DNA of 46,635 nucleotides from an uncultured Gammaproteobacteria bacterium. Its GTDB lineage: Bacteria > Patescibacteriota > Microgenomatia > Levybacterales > UBA12049. The notes beneath the pieces were generated by a model, which ran no database searches, was not told the DNA's origin, and worked only from the letters and a program-made list of their open reading frames with translations. Each line of letters begins with the position of its first letter. Within the stretch, counting starts at the first letter, position 1. The translations under genes and the position numbers were made by a program. Shown here one piece after another: positions 43,746 to 46,635 of the stretch. The DNA is taken from the NCBI GenBank assembly GCA_964477485.1, contig CAYZEE010000002.1:1-46635 (forward strand), written 5' to 3'.

Positions 43746-45227
43746 ATGTACAAACTTCTTTTGTACTATCTTGTTGCTTTGGTGGGGATAGCAGCAATAT
43801 TTGGTTTTTTGGGTATCCTTCCTATCTCATCTGAGGCGATTTTAATTTCTTCCCTTTTTATTATTATAATTTCCTGGGTAACGAATAAAATTTTTTCGGC
43901 TGTTTTTAAGATACCTTCAAATTCTGAGTCAACGCACATCACAGCTCTTATCTTAATACTAATAATAACTCCTGTTCAATCATTTCACGGATTGGTCTTT
44001 TTGGGATGGGCCGCAGTTTTGGCTGTTTCATCAAAATATATTTTTGCAGTTAGAAAAAAACATATCTTTAACCCTGCGGCTATAGCAGTAGTTGTCACAT
44101 CTTTTGCCCTAAGGGAATCTGCAAGCTGGTGGATCGGTACGGTATCAATGGCCCCATTTATTTTTCTTGGTGGAATCCTCATTGTAAGAAAAATTCAACG
44201 TTCAAGTTTGGTATTAAGTTTTTTTACTTCTGCCATTGCCGTTGCTATCTTTTTCATTCTTACTTCCGGCGGAAGTATCATTTCCACTTTACCTAGAATA
44301 ATTCTGGATTCTGCTTTATTATTTTTAGGATTTGTAATGCTGACCGAACCCGCAACAACTCCTCCCACAGAAAATTTGCAGATTCTATATGGATTAATAG
44401 TCGGAATTTTATTTGCTCCTCAAATACATTTCGGTTCAGTTTATTCCACTCCTGAGCTTGCTCTTGTAGCTGGTAATATCTTTTCTTATCTTGTAAGCTC
44501 AAAGCAAAAGTTGGTCTTAAGTTTAAAACAAAAAATTCAAATAGCTCCTGATATAATTGATTTCCTATTCGTTTCAAACGAAAAATTAGCTTTTCTCCCG
44601 GGACAATATCTGGAATGGACCCTGCCTCATAAAAAAATAGATATTAGGGGCAACAGAAGGTATTTCACACTCGCTTCTTCTACCACCGAACAGGCCATCC
44701 GTATCGGGGTAAAATTCTATCCTAATGGAAGCAGTTTTAAAAATTCACTGGGGACGCTAGATGAAAATAAGACGATAGTGGCAGGTCAACTTGCGGGAAA
44801 TTTTGTTCTTCCGAAAAATCCTAATCAAAAATGTGTTTTTATCGCAGGCGGCATTGGGATAACCCCGTATCGTAGCATGATTAAATCTCTTTTAGATACT
44901 CAAGAAAGCCGCCCGATTACCCTTTTTTATACAGACAAAAATTTTTCCGAAATTATTTATAAAGATGTTTTTGATGAAGCACAATCAAGATTTGGGATAA
45001 AAACAGTTTATGTTTTAACAAATAAAGAAAATTTACCATCGAATTGGCAAGGACGGGTCGGCAGGATAAATGAGCAAATGATCAGAGAAGAGGTGCCTGA
45101 CTATCAAGAAAGAATTTTTTATCTTTCAGGTCCTCATTTGATGGTAAAGGAATTTGAAGAAACCTTGCTTAATATGGGAATAAGCCGTAGTAAGATTAAA
45201 ACTGATTTTTTCCCCGGTTATGTATAA
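43746..45227 (+). CDS. fusion of an RnfD/NqrB-like polytopic membrane domain with an FNR-type FAD/NAD(P)H oxidoreductase domain
   Basis: The membrane half has HIFNPAA and MLTEPATTPP (RnfD/NqrB-like). The soluble half has RRYFTLAS (RxY[ST] FAD motif) and FIAGGIGITPYRSM (NAD(P)H motif). An alternative ATG at 43698 overlaps apbE. Confidence 0.62.
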   Translation: MYKLLLYYLVALVGIAAIFGFLGILPISSEAILISSLFIIIISWVTNKIFSAVFKIPSNSESTHITALILILIITPVQSFHGLVFLGWAAVLAVSSKYIFAVRKKHIFNPAAIAVVVTSFALRESASWWIGTVSMAPFIFLGGILIVRKIQRSSLVLSFFTSAIAVAIFFILTSGGSIISTLPRIILDSALLFLGFVMLTEPATTPPTENLQILYGLIVGILFAPQIHFGSVYSTPELALVAGNIFSYLVSSKQKLVLSLKQKIQIAPDIIDFLFVSNEKLAFLPGQYLEWTLPHKKIDIRGNRRYFTLASSTTEQAIRIGVKFYPNGSSFKNSLGTLDENKTIVAGQLAGNFVLPKNPNQKCVFIAGGIGITPYRSMIKSLLDTQESRPITLFYTDKNFSEIIYKDVFDEAQSRFGIKTVYVLTNKENLPSNWQGRVGRINEQMIREEVPDYQERIFYLSGPHLMVKEFEETLLNMGISRSKIKTDFFPGYV

Positions 45228-45253
45228 ATTTTCAGGTATTTTTCAGTAAATAT

Positions 45254-45262
45254 TGGTATAAT
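45254..45262 (+). promoter_or_regulatory. extended -10 element TGgTATAAT
   Basis: TG at 45254-45255, TATAAT at 45257-45262, lying 7 nt upstream of the GTG start of the response regulator. Confidence 0.4.
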
Positions 45263-45269
45263 TCTTCTT

Positions 45270-45947
45270 GTGAGAATTCTTGTAGTCGAAGATGAACATA
45301 AAATTGCCAATTCCATAAAGAAAGGCCTTGAACAAGAGCTTTATGCGGTTGATGTGGCATATGACGGAACAAATGGATTTGATCTTGCGTCAGTAGAAGA
45401 ATACGACCTCATAATTCTTGATCGTTTGCTTCCGGGGATGGATGGAATTGAAATTTGTAAAAGCTTAAGGACTAAGAATATTCATACTCCGATTCTTCTT
45501 CTTACCGCAAAAGGACAAATTGAGGACAGAGTCGAAGGGTTAAACAGCGGAGCGGATGATTATCTTACAAAACCATTCGCTTTTGAGGAACTATTGGCAC
45601 GCATTAAGGCTCTTTTAAGAAGACCGAAGAGTGTTATGAAATCTGTTTTAAAAGTTGCAGATTTGGTTTTGGATACCCATGCACATGTTGTTAAACGTTC
45701 GGGGGAATCAGTTCAGTTATCGGCAAAAGAATTTGCTCTTTTAGAATACCTTATGAGAAATGTTGGGGAAATAGTATCTAAGGAACAAATGATTCATCAT
45801 GTTTGGGATTATGATGCCAATATTTTGCCAAATACAGTCGAAGCTTTTATTAAACTTCTTCGTAATAAGATTGATGCTCCTTTTAAAGGCAGAAAAACAC
45901 TTATTCATACTATTCGAGGAATAGGATATGTATTCGGAGAGAGATAA
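45270..45947 (+). CDS. OmpR-family response regulator
   Basis: (GTG)RILVVEDE, DLIILDRLLPGMDG, LTAKG and the C-terminal winged helix (IHTIRGIGYVF). Confidence 0.93.
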   Translation: MRILVVEDEHKIANSIKKGLEQELYAVDVAYDGTNGFDLASVEEYDLIILDRLLPGMDGIEICKSLRTKNIHTPILLLTAKGQIEDRVEGLNSGADDYLTKPFAFEELLARIKALLRRPKSVMKSVLKVADLVLDTHAHVVKRSGESVQLSAKEFALLEYLMRNVGEIVSKEQMIHHVWDYDANILPNTVEAFIKLLRNKIDAPFKGRKTLIHTIRGIGYVFGER

Positions 45948-45953
45948 TAATCT

Positions 45954-46635
45954 ATGTTTGAAAACGCGCGCATAAAACTTACTGCCTGGTATCTTGTAAT
46001 AATAATTGTAATAAGTCTTATTTTCACTTTCTCGATCTATGCGAGAATAAACAGAGAACTTGAACATTTTGAGAAATTTCAAGTTAGATTTCATGAAGGA
46101 ACAGTTTTACAGAATATAAGTGGTTCAAGACTAGGCCGAATAGCTCCAGAGGAAATAGCGGGTGCGAGAAGCAGATTTATTATAGCTTTGGTGTTGTTAA
46201 ATTTGGGAATTATGATTTTTGCGGGAGGAGCGGGATATATTTTAGCAGGATTAACGCTCCGCCCGATTAAAAATATGGTCGATGAACAAAATCGATTTAT
46301 AGCAGATTCTTCTCATGAATTTCGGACTCCTCTGACATCTCTTCGATCTGAAATCGAGGTCGGGCTTAGAAATAGAAAAATGACTTTGGAAGAAGCAAGA
46401 AGGCTTTTGGAAAGCAATCTTGAGGAAGTATTGGGTTTGCAGATATTATCGGATGATCTTTTAGAACTTGCTCAAAACGGGACGTCTATAAAAAAAGTTG
46501 AAGAATTTTCTTTACCCTCATCTGTCAATGCTTCAATAAAAAAAATTAACAATCTTGCTGGAAAAAAACACATAAAGATTGAAAATAATGTAAAAGATGT
46601 TAAAATCAAAGGTGTAAAAGACAGAATTATAGAAG
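45954..46635 (+). CDS. sensor histidine kinase, 5' partial (runs off the window)
   Basis: This ORF is not in the ORF track because it has no stop in the window. My translation from the ATG at 45954 gives two TM helices and then the H-box FIADSSHEFRTPLTSLRSE. Confidence 0.85.
   Translation, partial: MFENARIKLTAWYLVIIIVISLIFTFSIYARINRELEHFEKFQVRFHEGTVLQNISGSRLGRIAPEEIAGARSRFIIALVLLNLGIMIFAGGAGYILAGLTLRPIKNMVDEQNRFIADSSHEFRTPLTSLRSEIEVGLRNRKMTLEEARRLLESNLEEVLGLQILSDDLLELAQNGTSIKKVEEFSLPSSVNASIKKINNLAGKKHIKIENNVKDVKIKGVKDRIIE

Noticed and set aside
45741-46094. A 117-aa minus-strand ORF spanning the regulator-kinase junction.
   Set aside because: It is antisense to two well-supported genes and its composition is AT-driven.
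1-46635. A scan for tRNA or rRNA genes, CRISPR arrays, transposases, integrases, phage genes and toxin-antitoxin or defence cassettes.
   Set aside because: I saw no T-loop GTTCGAATC-type motifs in the spacers, no regularly spaced direct repeats and no recombinase-like ORFs. The two small nucleotidyltransferase-like proteins have no HEPN or other partner genes.

Overview
The window is AT-rich and very gene-dense (about 55 CDS, mostly on the + strand). I found no tRNA, rRNA, CRISPR array, transposase or integrase. Many neighbouring genes overlap by 4 nt (ATGA), and Shine-Dalgarno sequences are sparse. Gene content looks like a small-genome, fermentative, monoderm-type bacterium. I infer a Candidate Phyla Radiation / Patescibacteria-like origin from the class I LysRS, the archaeal-type CoA enzymes, a mini TsaB, many membrane-anchored proteins with Pro/Thr linkers, and the GT-C glycosyltransferases. 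This is a guess, not shown by the sequence. TGA is used as a stop codon and an RF2 gene is present, so the standard bacterial code applies.

Housekeeping genes: tsaD, greA, lysK (class I), rdgB, serS, secA, prfB, ftsE, ftsX, tsaE, tsaC and tsaB.

Accessory blocks:
- A translationally coupled nucleotide-sugar island at 32.3-39.7 kb: an RmlA-like gene, a Nudix gene, RmlB, an RmlD-like gene, Ugd, an Rmd-like gene, Gmd and UXS. No rmlC is present. It is followed by a GT2::GtrA fusion and a GT-C glycosyltransferase.
- An ftsEX module followed by a coiled-coil cysteine peptidase and a lamin-tail-domain surface protein.
- A flavinylation and redox module at 42.5-45.2 kb: an FMN_bind protein, an ApbE without a signal peptide, and an RnfD/NqrB-like membrane domain fused to an FNR-type reductase. 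An OmpR/histidine-kinase pair follows it.

The only sizeable non-coding stretch is the serS-secA spacer (13653-13944). It holds a poly-lysine mini-ORF with a strong SD, nested palindromes and an intrinsic terminator, and looks like an undescribed attenuator.

All functional calls come from reading motifs by eye. No database search was run.
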